Assembly (NCBI GenBank): GCA_963839145.1
Contig: CAWITR010000003.1
Location: 73,306-137,305 of the forward strand
Origin: an uncultured Alphaproteobacteria bacterium
GTDB lineage: Bacteria; Pseudomonadota; Alphaproteobacteria; Sphingomonadales; Sphingomonadaceae
Direction of reading: 5' to 3'
DNA length: 64,000 nt
The notes under the pieces are model-generated. The model had not been told where the DNA came from. It saw only the letters and a program-made list of their open reading frames with translations, and searched no databases. Position 1 is the stretch's first letter. Every line of letters starts with the position of its first letter. The position numbers were made by a program, and so were the translations under genes. Shown here piece after piece: positions 17,923-27,216 of the stretch.

Positions 17923-18417
17923 TCAGCTGAACAGCGCCTTGCGGCGCGCGAGGCTTTCCTGCGGCCACACTTGCTTGGAGTCGTAATAACCTTCGAACGC
18001 TAGTGCGTCTTCCGGCAGCCGCACCCACGGCAGCCTGGAGCGCGTGTAGATGTGAATGTCGGGCTCGATTTCTCCGGGCTCATCCAGCGTGCCGACCCGG
18101 ACGAAGCGAAGGACATCCTTCGCGCCGCCGTAATTGCTCCAGACCGCCACCTTGCACTCGGGGCAGCGCCAGACCTGCTGGCCGCGTCCGCTCTCGGACG
18201 GGATCATCACCGCTTCCGGTTCGCCGCTCAGAGTCTCGACCTCGTTGCTCTCGATCATAGCGTTCAGTGCGAACGCCGTCCCGCTCTCCCTCTGGCAGGC
18301 CGTGCAATGGCAGCAATGGACGAACATCGGCTCGCGCTTCAGCCGAAAGCGAACGGCTCCGCACGCGCACCCACCTTCCATATTCTTCATCCGGAACTGC
18401 TCCTTTCCGCCATCCAC
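17923..18417 (-). CDS. GFA-family (CENP-V/glutathione-dependent formaldehyde-activating-like) zinc protein
   Basis: Cys motifs GGCACGAVRF and HCCHCTACQRESG. The start may be the internal MKNMEGG. Confidence 0.8.
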   Translation of the reverse strand: MDGGKEQFRMKNMEGGCACGAVRFRLKREPMFVHCCHCTACQRESGTAFALNAMIESNEVETLSGEPEAVMIPSESGRGQQVWRCPECKVAVWSNYGGAKDVLRFVRVGTLDEPGEIEPDIHIYTRSRLPWVRLPEDALAFEGYYDSKQVWPQESLARRKALFS

Positions 18418-18536
18418 CGGACCAATGGCACGGATCGCCGACCGCTCTCAATTTCTTTGCTGGGGCACGCATCGGCGGCGGAGGCGGCGCGTTGAGTCAG
18501 CGGCAATGTTTTTCACCACAAGACAGGAGAAGATGA

Positions 18537-18984
18537 ATGGCTAACGACCAAATCGACACGCTCAACTCGCTGATCGAGACGACCATCGACAGCATCAACG
18601 GCTACAAGAATTCTGCCAAGGAGCTTTCGAGCGGAACGTCTTCAGCAGATGTTCGATAAGCGAGCCGACGAGCGGCAGCAGGTGGTGCAGCGGCTCAGCT
18701 CGGAAGTCCGCCGTGTGGGCGGCGACCCGACCGATTCGGGTTCGGCGATGGGCAAGGCGCACCACGTCTGGGAGGACCTGAAAGGCGCCGTCACCGGCCA
18801 CGACGACCAGGCGATCATCAACGAGACCGAGAGCGCCGAGGATTACCTGAAGGAGCAGTATGAGGACGCCCTCAACAAGCTGAACGGCGACCCGCGTCAG
18901 GTGGTCGAGCAATGCTATCAGCAGGTTCGTCAGGGACACGACGAGATGAGCCAGCTGAAGCACCAGATGGAAGCGACCGACTGA
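18537..18984 (+). pseudogene. PA2169/DUF2383-family four-helix-bundle protein, frame broken at the TTT run 18626-18628
   Basis: ATG at 18537 behind AGGAGA gives MANDQIDTLNSLIETTIDSINGYKNSAKEL, then a stop. The rest (RAERLQQMFDKRADERQQVV...) continues in the +1 frame. Removing one T restores a full-length family-like protein. Confidence 0.7.
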
Positions 18985-19024
18985 ACAATTCGGCACTGCC
19001 GCAATTGTTTACCTCGCGCCCGGA

Positions 19025-19057
19025 GCGGCTGTACCGTTCCGGGCGCGGCTATGTCAG
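19025..19057. terminator. 10-bp GC hairpin between convergent genes
   Basis: CGCGCCCGGA-13 nt-TCCGGGCGCG. Confidence 0.4.
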
Positions 19058-19098
19058 CCGGCCTGGAATTACAGACCATGGTTTACGTGCAGTAGGCG

Positions 19099-20403
19099 CT
19101 AGTTGCCGCCGCCCACGTCGCTTGAATCCTCGGTGTCGGGAGTCGGAGCGCCGTAGCTGTCGATGTGGAGCCAATCATGGAAGGGCCGGTGATAAATCAT
19201 GTCCATCACCTCGAATTCCAAGCCTCCGGGCTGGTTGGTGTTGCTGTTCCACAGCGCCACCACGCCGCTTTTCTTCTTCGGGTCGAACAGGATGAGCGAG
19301 CGGTAGCCATCGACTCCGCCGCGGTGGCCGACGATCAGGTGCCCGGCATAATCGTAGCTGCGCCACCCGAGGCCGTACCACGCGGTCTTGAGCACGTCGG
19401 CGGGCATGTGGACCCGGCCCCGCTCGTTCGGGGTCTTCACCAGCCGCGAATGGAGCGCAGCGAGAACCCGCGGTGAGATGACGTCCGGCATTTCGCCCAT
19501 TTGCGCCAGCATCCAGACCGCGAGATCTTTAATGTCGCTGTTGACGCCGCCGGCTGCGGGAATGCGGTAATAATCGTCCGAAAGCTCGATTTCCCGGCGT
19601 CCCGAATTGTGCGGGTGAGCCCAGCTCTTGGAATGCGTGAGACCGTCCATCGTCACGCTTGCGCTGGTCATCCCCAGCGGGTCGAAAAGGCGCCGCTTGA
19701 CCGATTTCTGGTATGACCGGCCCGTTTCGTCGCGGACGATTTCCGACGAGGCGTCGTACGCGACATTCTCGTAATTCCAGCAGGTCCCCGGCTGGCAGAC
19801 GAGGCTGAGGCCGCCGATATCGTGGCGAATCTGCCGGGGGTCCTGCCCGTCCTCCAATCTCTCGTCGTAGGCATTGTGATAAATGCCGAGGCGATGGCTG
19901 AGCAGGTCGGCGACGGTCGCGCGCTGAGTGGCATTGTCGGGAAGCCTGAGGGTCGTCCGGTACCTGGCGATCGGCGCCTGCAGATCGACCTTCCCTTGTT
20001 CGGCAAGCTTGGCGACCATCGTCGCTGCAACCCCCTTTGAAAGCGAAGCCCAGCGGAACACCGTTTCCGGAGTCACGGAATCGCCCGAATGTGCTACCGT
20101 CTCGCCGTAGCCCTTGAGAAAGGTGATGTGGCCGTTCTCGACGACACCGACCGCAAGTCCGACCATTGCCGGCCTATTCATCAGCCGCTTCAGCCTTGCG
20201 TCCAGAAGAGCGTAATCGACGTCGTGCCTAGCAGCGGGGGTGACTGCCGTCAGGCGGGCGCGAACGGCTTCCCTGGCCTGCTGTTTCTCTTGGTGCGAAT
20301 GAAGACCCGCACCTGTCGCAACGAGCGCCGAACCCAAAAGCAGTGCGGCAGCACCGATTGCGACTTTATTCGATGTTTTCAAACGCTCGCTCCCACCCCG
20401 CAA
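19099..20403 (-). CDS. Serine hydrolase, beta-lactamase fold
   Basis: N-terminal membrane/signal segment. S-x-x-K motif (WASLSKGV). A YxN-like region. Confidence 0.8.
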   Translation of the reverse strand: MRGGSERLKTSNKVAIGAAALLLGSALVATGAGLHSHQEKQQAREAVRARLTAVTPAARHDVDYALLDARLKRLMNRPAMVGLAVGVVENGHITFLKGYGETVAHSGDSVTPETVFRWASLSKGVAATMVAKLAEQGKVDLQAPIARYRTTLRLPDNATQRATVADLLSHRLGIYHNAYDERLEDGQDPRQIRHDIGGLSLVCQPGTCWNYENVAYDASSEIVRDETGRSYQKSVKRRLFDPLGMTSASVTMDGLTHSKSWAHPHNSGRREIELSDDYYRIPAAGGVNSDIKDLAVWMLAQMGEMPDVISPRVLAALHSRLVKTPNERGRVHMPADVLKTAWYGLGWRSYDYAGHLIVGHRGGVDGYRSLILFDPKKKSGVVALWNSNTNQPGGLEFEVMDMIYHRPFHDWLHIDSYGAPTPDTEDSSDVGGGN

Positions 20404-20552
20404 TGTGCTGTTGCCGCAGGGGCCGAACCGCTCAACAGGAGAAGTGGTCGACTGCGACGAACTGACGGTTTCCGTCGACGAATGTTCAAGCCACTGCTGC
20501 TGGTCATCGCCCCTCCCCTCGCCTAAGTGCCGGCAGCGGGAGGGAATCGGCT

Positions 20553-20825
20553 TTGCGCTTTTTAAAAACGCTCTTCTGGATCGCTATCGCGGTGCTCCTC
20601 ACGCTTTTTGCCGCGAATAATTGGCGCAACGTAACGATCGACCTATGGGGCGATCTCGAAGCGGACATAAAGATCCCGGTACTGCTGTTGATCGCCTTCC
20701 TGATTGGCGTTGTTCCGACCGTCCTGATCTATCGAGCCCAGATCTGGCGGCTCAACAACCGCGTTTCCGCTGCGCAGCGCAATGAGGCGGCGGCCGTATC
20801 GGACGAGCAGGGGCACAGCGAATGA
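20553..20825 (+). CDS. LapA-domain (DUF1049) inner-membrane protein
   Basis: Two transmembrane helices with the typical FLKTLFWIAIAVLL...PVLLLIAFLIG layout. ATGA overlap with pyrF. Confidence 0.7.
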   Translation: MRFLKTLFWIAIAVLLTLFAANNWRNVTIDLWGDLEADIKIPVLLLIAFLIGVVPTVLIYRAQIWRLNNRVSAAQRNEAAAVSDEQGHSE

Positions 20826-21493
20826 AGCCGGTTTTCGTCGCCATCGACACGCCTGAGCTCGACCGGGCCCGCGAACTCGCAGCGGAGGTGAAATCGCTTG
20901 CCGGTGGAGTGAAGCTCGGTCTGGAGTTCTTCTGCGCCAATGGGCCGGAAGGTGTTCGCCGCATTGCCTCCGTCGGACTGCCCGTTTTTCTTGACCTCAA
21001 GCTCCACGACATCCCGAATACCGTCGCCAAGGCCGTGCAGGCGCTCCGGCCTCTTGAGCCCGCCGTCCTGACGGTTCACGCCGGCGGCGGACGGGCAATG
21101 CTGGAGGAGGCCAAAGCCGCGGCGCCGGCCGGCACAAAGGTCATTGCGGTCACGGTGCTGACGAGCCTCGACTCCACCGATCTCGCCTCGATTGGGGTTG
21201 TCGGGGAGCCGTCGGCGCAGGTCGAAAGGCTGGCGGCGCTCGCGCGGGCGTCGGGGCTGGACGGGATCGTCTGCTCTGGAGCCGAGGTCAAAGCGGCCAG
21301 CAAAGCGTGGCCGGACGGTTTCTTCGTTGTTCCCGGCGTGCGTCCCCAGGGAAGCGGTGCCGGCGACCAGAAACGTGTGGTCACTCCCCGCGCGGCAATG
21401 GACGACGGCGCGTCGATCCTGGTGATCGGTCGTCCGATTACGGCCAGTGAGGACCCCCGGGCGGCACTGAAGGCGATCGAAGCCACTCTCTAA
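20822..21493 (+). CDS. pyrF: Orotidine-5'-phosphate decarboxylase
   Basis: VAIDTP..., [21 protein letters not shown]. Confidence 0.9.
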   Translation: MKPVFVAIDTPELDRARELAAEVKSLAGGVKLGLEFFCANGPEGVRRIASVGLPVFLDLKLHDIPNTVAKAVQALRPLEPAVLTVHAGGGRAMLEEAKAAAPAGTKVIAVTVLTSLDSTDLASIGVVGEPSAQVERLAALARASGLDGIVCSGAEVKAASKAWPDGFFVVPGVRPQGSGAGDQKRVVTPRAAMDDGASILVIGRPITASEDPRAALKAIEATL

Positions 21494-21551
21494 CAGTGGA
21501 CAAGCGAGGCGCGTTAGGCTTACCCGCGCCACGTCACGAAAGGTCGCACCG

Positions 21552-22406
21552 ATGAGCTGGCTGAGCCGCGTCAAAAGTGGAATTCCGTTTCTTCCCAAGC
21601 GCCAGAGCGCGGACACTTTGTGGCACAAGTGCGCGAAGTGCGGCACGATGGTCTTCCTCAAGGAATGGGAGGCCAACCAGCGGGTCTGTCCGCGCTGCGA
21701 TTTCCACGACCGAATCGGGCCCACCGAGCGGTTCAAGTATCTGTTCGACGACGGCGATTATGACGTTCTTCCGAGCCCCGAAGTCAGGGAGGACCCGCTC
21801 AAGTTTCGCGATACCAAACGCTATACGGACCGGCTGAAGGAGGCTCGGTCGAAGACTGGCGAGCGCGACGCGCTGATCAACGCCCGCGGCAAGATCGGCG
21901 GGCATGGAGCCATTGTCGGAGTGCAGGATTTTGCGTTCATGGGCGGGTCGATGGGCGTTGCCGTTGGAACTGCTTTCGTGAACGGCGCACGCGCCGCGAT
22001 CGAGGCCAAGGTGCCCTACATTATCGTTACCGCGTCAGGCGGAGCGAGGATGCAGGAAGCGGTGCTGTCGCTGATGCAGCTCCCGCGGACGACGGTTGCG
22101 ATCACCGAGCTAAGGGAAGCGGGCCTTCCCTACATCGTCATTCTGACCGATCCGACGACTGGCGGAGTAACCGCGTCTTACGCGATGCTCGGCGACATCC
22201 AGATAGCCGAACCTGGTGCACTGATCGGCTTTGCCGGCCAGCGGGTGATCGAGCAGACGATTCGCGAGAAGCTGCCGGAGGGGTTCCAGCGCGCCGAATA
22301 TCTCCTCCAGCACGGAATGGTGGACATGGTCGTTCCGCGCCAGCAGCTCAAAGACAGGCTCGCCAAGGTGATCGGCTATCTGACGCCGGAGAAGAAGGCG
22401 GCCTGA
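21552..22406 (+). CDS. accD: Acetyl-CoA carboxylase carboxyltransferase beta subunit
   Basis: Zn ribbon CAKCGx13CPRCDFH and a carboxyltransferase core (FMGGSMG). Confidence 0.92.
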   Translation: MSWLSRVKSGIPFLPKRQSADTLWHKCAKCGTMVFLKEWEANQRVCPRCDFHDRIGPTERFKYLFDDGDYDVLPSPEVREDPLKFRDTKRYTDRLKEARSKTGERDALINARGKIGGHGAIVGVQDFAFMGGSMGVAVGTAFVNGARAAIEAKVPYIIVTASGGARMQEAVLSLMQLPRTTVAITELREAGLPYIVILTDPTTGGVTASYAMLGDIQIAEPGALIGFAGQRVIEQTIREKLPEGFQRAEYLLQHGMVDMVVPRQQLKDRLAKVIGYLTPEKKAA

Positions 22407-22407
22407 C

Positions 22408-23718
22408 ATGGCCGATTTCGCGCAGTCGGAAAGCGCTGCAGTCCAGCAACAGCTCGACCGGCTGGAGGCGCTTTCGCCTGGCGGCGACCGCCTCGGACTG
22501 GACCGCATTTCGCAGCTGCTCGACCGCCTCGGGAATCCCCAGGACCGGCTCCCGCCCGTTCTCCACGTCGCCGGAACGAACGGCAAAGGCTCCACCTGCG
22601 CATTCCTCAAGGCCATGCTCGAAGCCGCAGGGTTCAAAGTGGACATGTTCACGAGCCCGCACCTCGTCCGCTTCAACGAGCGGATTCGGGTCGCCGGCGA
22701 CCTCATTGATGATGAGCAACTCGCCGCGCTTCTGAAGGAGGTTCTGGATGCAAGCGAAGGCATCGAGCCGAGCTTCTTCGAGGTCACGACCGCTGTGGCC
22801 TTTCTCGCCTTTGCACGAAGCGGCGCTGACGCCTGCATTGTCGAGGTGGGCTTGGGCGGGCGGCTTGACGCGACGAACGTGATCGAGAAGCCGCTGGTTT
22901 GCGGCATTGCGGGCCTCGGCGTCGATCACCGCCAGTGGCTGGGCCGCAAGATTAGCGACATAGCCGCCGAAAAAGCCGCGATCGCCAAGCCAGATGTGCC
23001 GCTGGTCACGCAGCGCTATCCAGCGGCCGCGGCCCAGAAGGTCCAGCAGACGGCCGAAGCCGCCGGTGCTCAATGGATCGGACGAGGCTCATTGTGGAAC
23101 GCGCGGGTGATCCGCGACCACATTCACTACCGCGACCGCTCGGGAGCCCTCAACCTGCCGCTGCCCAGCCTTCCCGGCCGCTACCAGGCCGACAATGCCG
23201 CGCTCGCCGTGGCGATGCTTCGAAGTCAGGAGCAGCTCGACATCCCCGATGAAGCTTTCGCCGAAGCCATTCGCGGCGCTTCGTGGCCGGCCCGAATGCA
23301 GCGGCTTTCCGACGGCCCGCTTACGGCTCTCCTTCCCCAAGGCAGCGAGCTTTGGATTGATGGCGGCCATAATGCGTCCGCGGCGCGGCTGGTCGCCGAT
23401 CATGTCCGCAAAACGTTCGACGTCAGCCTTCCCTTCGTGCTTCTTTTCGCGTCGCTGAAGACGAAGAGCCCACGCTCGATGTTGAAAAGCTTCCGAAAGC
23501 TGACGAGCGAAGTTCACACGCTTCCCGTTCCCGACCACGAGCATTTCTCGCCCGAAAAGCTAGCCAAGTTGGCCGGCGAGCTCGGCTTCAAAGCGACCGC
23601 CAACGAAAGTCTTGACCAGGCGCTCGGCCGAGTGAAACGGCCGTCCCGAGTGCTGGTCTTCGGTTCGCTCTATCTCGCGGGGGCGGCGCTCAGGGCAAAC
23701 GGCGAGATTCCCGGCTGA
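22408..23718 (+). CDS. folC: Bifunctional folylpolyglutamate synthase/dihydrofolate synthase
   Basis: P-loop HVAGTNGKGST and Mur-ligase-type domains. Immediately follows accD, as in many proteobacteria. Confidence 0.9.
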   Translation: MADFAQSESAAVQQQLDRLEALSPGGDRLGLDRISQLLDRLGNPQDRLPPVLHVAGTNGKGSTCAFLKAMLEAAGFKVDMFTSPHLVRFNERIRVAGDLIDDEQLAALLKEVLDASEGIEPSFFEVTTAVAFLAFARSGADACIVEVGLGGRLDATNVIEKPLVCGIAGLGVDHRQWLGRKISDIAAEKAAIAKPDVPLVTQRYPAAAAQKVQQTAEAAGAQWIGRGSLWNARVIRDHIHYRDRSGALNLPLPSLPGRYQADNAALAVAMLRSQEQLDIPDEAFAEAIRGASWPARMQRLSDGPLTALLPQGSELWIDGGHNASAARLVADHVRKTFDVSLPFVLLFASLKTKSPRSMLKSFRKLTSEVHTLPVPDHEHFSPEKLAKLAGELGFKATANESLDQALGRVKRPSRVLVFGSLYLAGAALRANGEIPG

Positions 23719-25351
23719 CCCGCCACCATTCGAGGAGCACGAAGGTGACGGCAAGGACCCCCGCGGCGGCGGTCCAGCGGAACACGGGCGCGTAGCCATA
23801 GGTGTCAAAGGCCTGGCCGACGGCTCCGCGTCCGAGCGTGCCGACCAGAAACGTCAGGGACGAAAGCATCGCATATTGGACTGCAGTGAAGCGCTTGCTG
23901 ACGATCCCGGACAGGTAAGCGACGAAAGCGGTCAGTGCCATTCCGACCGAAATGTTTTCATAGCCGATTGCGATCAGCAGCCGGAGCATTCGCTCATGGA
24001 CGCCGAGCAACGCTCCCAATTGCGCCAGCCCGAAAAGCCGCGCAAACCGGTCGATGCCGGGCCCGCCGCTAGCCAGATCGGCAAAGACGAGATTGCCGAA
24101 TGGCGTGACGATCGCACCAATGAGCACGGTCGGAAATCGGCCGATCCTGGTGAACAGATACCCGCCCAGCGTAATGCCTATCATGGTCATGAAGACGCCG
24201 AAGATCTTCGACGCGAACGCCACCTCGTCCTTCGAGTAGTGGAGGAAATCCAGGTAGAAAGGGAAACGGAACGCCGACCATAGATTGTAGACGAGCGCGT
24301 AGGTGAGGATGAAGCCGACGATCACCAGCACGCCCCACCCTACCCGCGCAGTCAGCTCGGCGAGCGGTGACACAAGCGCGGCGTACATGTGATTCATCGC
24401 CGCCCGTGCCCGGTCGGGACGAGTTCCGCGCCGCTGAACCGCTTGGCCGCTCGCCTTCAGCCAGTTGGTCACCGCGGCCACGGCAAGCGGCACGAACACC
24501 GCGGCAACGATGATCCACGGACCTCGGGACTTCATGAAATCGGCGACTGACGGGACCTGCGTTCCCGCCTGCTGAGCCATGAGCATTGAGATCATGAACC
24601 GGGCAATCGTGACAATTGCCCAGGCCCAACTCGCGCTCACCGCAATGAGGGCGATTAGCCGCGCTCGCGCATCGAGCCCGCCAGCCTCCTCCAGCTCGCC
24701 TTCCACCTTCGGCGGGCGCTCCGTATCCGGAGCTTGAAGTGCGATCAGCAGCATCGCCGCTATGAGTGACGTCATGATCGCATAAACCAGGCCCCAGCTC
24801 ATCCGCGCGGCCAGGACCAGAGCCACCGCGCCCCCGACGATCCAGGCGATTCGGTAGCCAAACTGATAAATCGCCGAGAGCAGCTCCACGCTCACCTGGT
24901 CGTCGGCAACATCGATCCGCCACGCATCCACAGCGATGTCCTGGGTCGCCGAACCGAGGGATGCAACGACCGCGAACATCGCGAAGATTCCAATATCGGT
25001 CGCCGGGTTGGTCGCGGCGAGGCAGCCGAACGCGGCAATCATCACCGCCTGGCAAAGCACGATCCAGCTCTTGCGCCGGCCCAGTCTGCCCAGCCCGGGC
25101 AGCTCGACGCGGTCGACCACCGGCGACCACAGGAATTTGAACGAATAAGTGAGCCCGATCCAGGACAGCACCCCGATCGTGGCCAGGTTGATCCCGACCT
25201 CGCCGAGCCACGCGTTGAGCGTGTCGATCAGGAGCGCGAACGGCAGTCCCGAGGAAAAGCCGAACGCCAGCATCGTCGCCGATTTGCGGGTCGACAGGGC
25301 CAACCTGAAGACCCGCCACCCCTTCGGTGGGACTTTCGGCTCCGTCGCCAA
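23690..25351 (-). CDS. ampG: AmpG-family muropeptide MFS permease (copy 1)
   Basis: FGFSSGLPFALL..., WLGEVG, SWIGLTYSFKFLWSPVVDR. More than 12 hydrophobic segments. Confidence 0.8.
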   Translation of the reverse strand: MATEPKVPPKGWRVFRLALSTRKSATMLAFGFSSGLPFALLIDTLNAWLGEVGINLATIGVLSWIGLTYSFKFLWSPVVDRVELPGLGRLGRRKSWIVLCQAVMIAAFGCLAATNPATDIGIFAMFAVVASLGSATQDIAVDAWRIDVADDQVSVELLSAIYQFGYRIAWIVGGAVALVLAARMSWGLVYAIMTSLIAAMLLIALQAPDTERPPKVEGELEEAGGLDARARLIALIAVSASWAWAIVTIARFMISMLMAQQAGTQVPSVADFMKSRGPWIIVAAVFVPLAVAAVTNWLKASGQAVQRRGTRPDRARAAMNHMYAALVSPLAELTARVGWGVLVIVGFILTYALVYNLWSAFRFPFYLDFLHYSKDEVAFASKIFGVFMTMIGITLGGYLFTRIGRFPTVLIGAIVTPFGNLVFADLASGGPGIDRFARLFGLAQLGALLGVHERMLRLLIAIGYENISVGMALTAFVAYLSGIVSKRFTAVQYAMLSSLTFLVGTLGRGAVGQAFDTYGYAPVFRWTAAAGVLAVTFVLLEWWRVSRESRRLP

Positions 25352-25363
25352 TCGGGGCTCTGG

Positions 25364-27106
25364 CTAGGGCGCCGGCTGCCCGCTCTCGGCGACAACCTCG
25401 GGGGGCTTCTCGCGAAGCCCGGAGCCGTCGGCGAGCAAGCGCTCGCGCCTTTCCTGAGCGGTGACTCGCCACCATTCGAGTAGGACGAAGATGGTCGAGA
25501 CAATCGCGGTTGCGGCGGTCCATCGGAACACCGGCGCATAACCAAATTTGTCGAACGCCTCGCCAACCGCGCCGCGGCCAAGCGTCCCCACCAGCGACAG
25601 AAGAGATGCCAGAAGCGCGTATTGGATCGCGCCATATTTCTTGCTGACAATGCTCGACACGTAAGCCACGAAGGCGGTGAGCGCCAAGCCGGTCGAGATG
25701 TTCTCGTAACAGATGGCGATGAGCAGACGCATGATCCGCTCGTCGCTCCCGAATGCCTGCGCCAGCGCGTCCAGCCGCAACGTGTGCGCGAAGGCGTCGA
25801 TCATCGGAGATCCGTCAGCGAGATCGGCGTAAAGGAAATTGCCGAGCGGCGGCAGAACCGCTCCGATCAGGATTGTCGGAAATCGGCCGATCTTGGCGAA
25901 GAAGTAACCGCCCAGGCTGATCCCGACCATCGTCATGATGATCCCGAAAATTTTCGAAGCGAACGCTACCTCGTCCTTCGTGTAGTGGAGGTAGTCCAGG
26001 TAAAAGGGATAAGCGAAGCTCGCCCAGATGTTGTAGCAAATCGCGTAACTGAGAATGAAGCCGATCGAGGCGAGGACGCCCCACCCCATTCTTGCCGACA
26101 GCTCAGCAAGGGGATCCACAAGCGCCGAGTAAAGGTGGTTCATCACCATCCGGCCGGGGCCATGGCTTCGGTCAGGAGCCGTGAGGACCTTGTCGGGCTG
26201 CCTGGCGAAGCGATTGGCAATCGCAGCGATCGCCAGCGGCACGAACACCGTCGCGACAATGATCAGCACGCCCCAGGTCTTCGTGAAGTCGGCGACCGAA
26301 GGCCTCGCGGTGCCCGGCGCCGCGGGCGCAAGCATTGCCACTGCAAAGGTGATCAGGCGAAGGATTGCCCACAACCAGCTCGCGCCGACGACCGCCAGCA
26401 GCGCCGCTCTGACACGCGGCTTCAGCGCACCCGGTTCGGCGAGGGCGCCGTAGAGCGAACCTCGCTCCGGGCGTGCCGTGTCGGGCGCGGTCACCGTCAC
26501 GAAGAGAAGCACGACGAAAATCCCGCCCATGATCAGGTAGACGTGGGGCCAGCTCATCCTCGCCGCCAGGACGAGCGCAATCGCGCCTCCGACGATCGAA
26601 GCCGAGCGATAGCCGAACTGGTAGATCGCCGAGAGCAGCTCGATCGTCGAGTTCTCGTCCGCCTGGTCGATACGCCAGCCGTTTATGGCGATGTCGTGGC
26701 TCGACGACGCGATTGCCGCCACGAAGGCGATCAGGACGAAGGTGCCGATCGCGCTTGCGGGGTTGGTCAGCGCCAGCAAGGCCATGCAGGCGGCGATGAT
26801 CGCCTGGCAAAGCGCAATCCAGCTGGTTCGTCGCCCCATCCGTTCGAGAATCGGGATTTGTACTCGGTCGACGACGGGCGACCAGAGGAACTGGAACGAA
26901 TAGGCCAGCCCGATCCACGAAAAGATGCCGATTGTGGCAAGCTTTACGCCGACCTCGCCAAGCCACGCCGTAAGTGTCCCGACAAGCAACGCGAACGGCA
27001 GCCCTGACGAGAAGCCGAAGGCCAGCATGGTCGCGGATTTCCGCGTCGCCAGCGCCGCCTTGAATAGCTTCCAGCCTTTCGGCCGCGGCTTTGCGGCAGT
27101 CGCCAT
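25364..27106 (-). CDS. ampG: AmpG-family muropeptide MFS permease (copy 2)
   Basis: Same motifs as copy 1 (FGFSSGLPFALL, SWIGLAYSFQFLWSPVVDR) and collinear with it along the whole length. Confidence 0.8.
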   Translation of the reverse strand: MATAAKPRPKGWKLFKAALATRKSATMLAFGFSSGLPFALLVGTLTAWLGEVGVKLATIGIFSWIGLAYSFQFLWSPVVDRVQIPILERMGRRTSWIALCQAIIAACMALLALTNPASAIGTFVLIAFVAAIASSSHDIAINGWRIDQADENSTIELLSAIYQFGYRSASIVGGAIALVLAARMSWPHVYLIMGGIFVVLLFVTVTAPDTARPERGSLYGALAEPGALKPRVRAALLAVVGASWLWAILRLITFAVAMLAPAAPGTARPSVADFTKTWGVLIIVATVFVPLAIAAIANRFARQPDKVLTAPDRSHGPGRMVMNHLYSALVDPLAELSARMGWGVLASIGFILSYAICYNIWASFAYPFYLDYLHYTKDEVAFASKIFGIIMTMVGISLGGYFFAKIGRFPTILIGAVLPPLGNFLYADLADGSPMIDAFAHTLRLDALAQAFGSDERIMRLLIAICYENISTGLALTAFVAYVSSIVSKKYGAIQYALLASLLSLVGTLGRGAVGEAFDKFGYAPVFRWTAATAIVSTIFVLLEWWRVTAQERRERLLADGSGLREKPPEVVAESGQPAP

Positions 27107-27216
27107 TTCCCCTCCCTTGTCGCTTCCGTTCAGGTTTAGCGGTGTTTCATCCGCTGGCTAGCCCTGCGCTGAACCAGACTTGCGCAGGCCAACGGTTCGG
27201 CGCACCAACGGCAGCG

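Noticed and set aside
18418-18536. An EcfG-type promoter upstream of the DUF2383 gene. Upstream regions of lemA, mscL, trxA and the SWIB gene were checked as well.
   Set aside because: No GGAAC-N16/17-CGTT or one-mismatch variant is present in these upstream regions. Only GGCAC...CGTT with 21-nt spacing was found.
24069-25523. 484-aa same-strand alternative-frame ORF across ampG copy 1. Similar cases are 26172..26966, 52356..53486 and 52360..53160.
   Set aside because: Their composition is Arg-rich nonsense, while the overlapping frame carries the family motifs.
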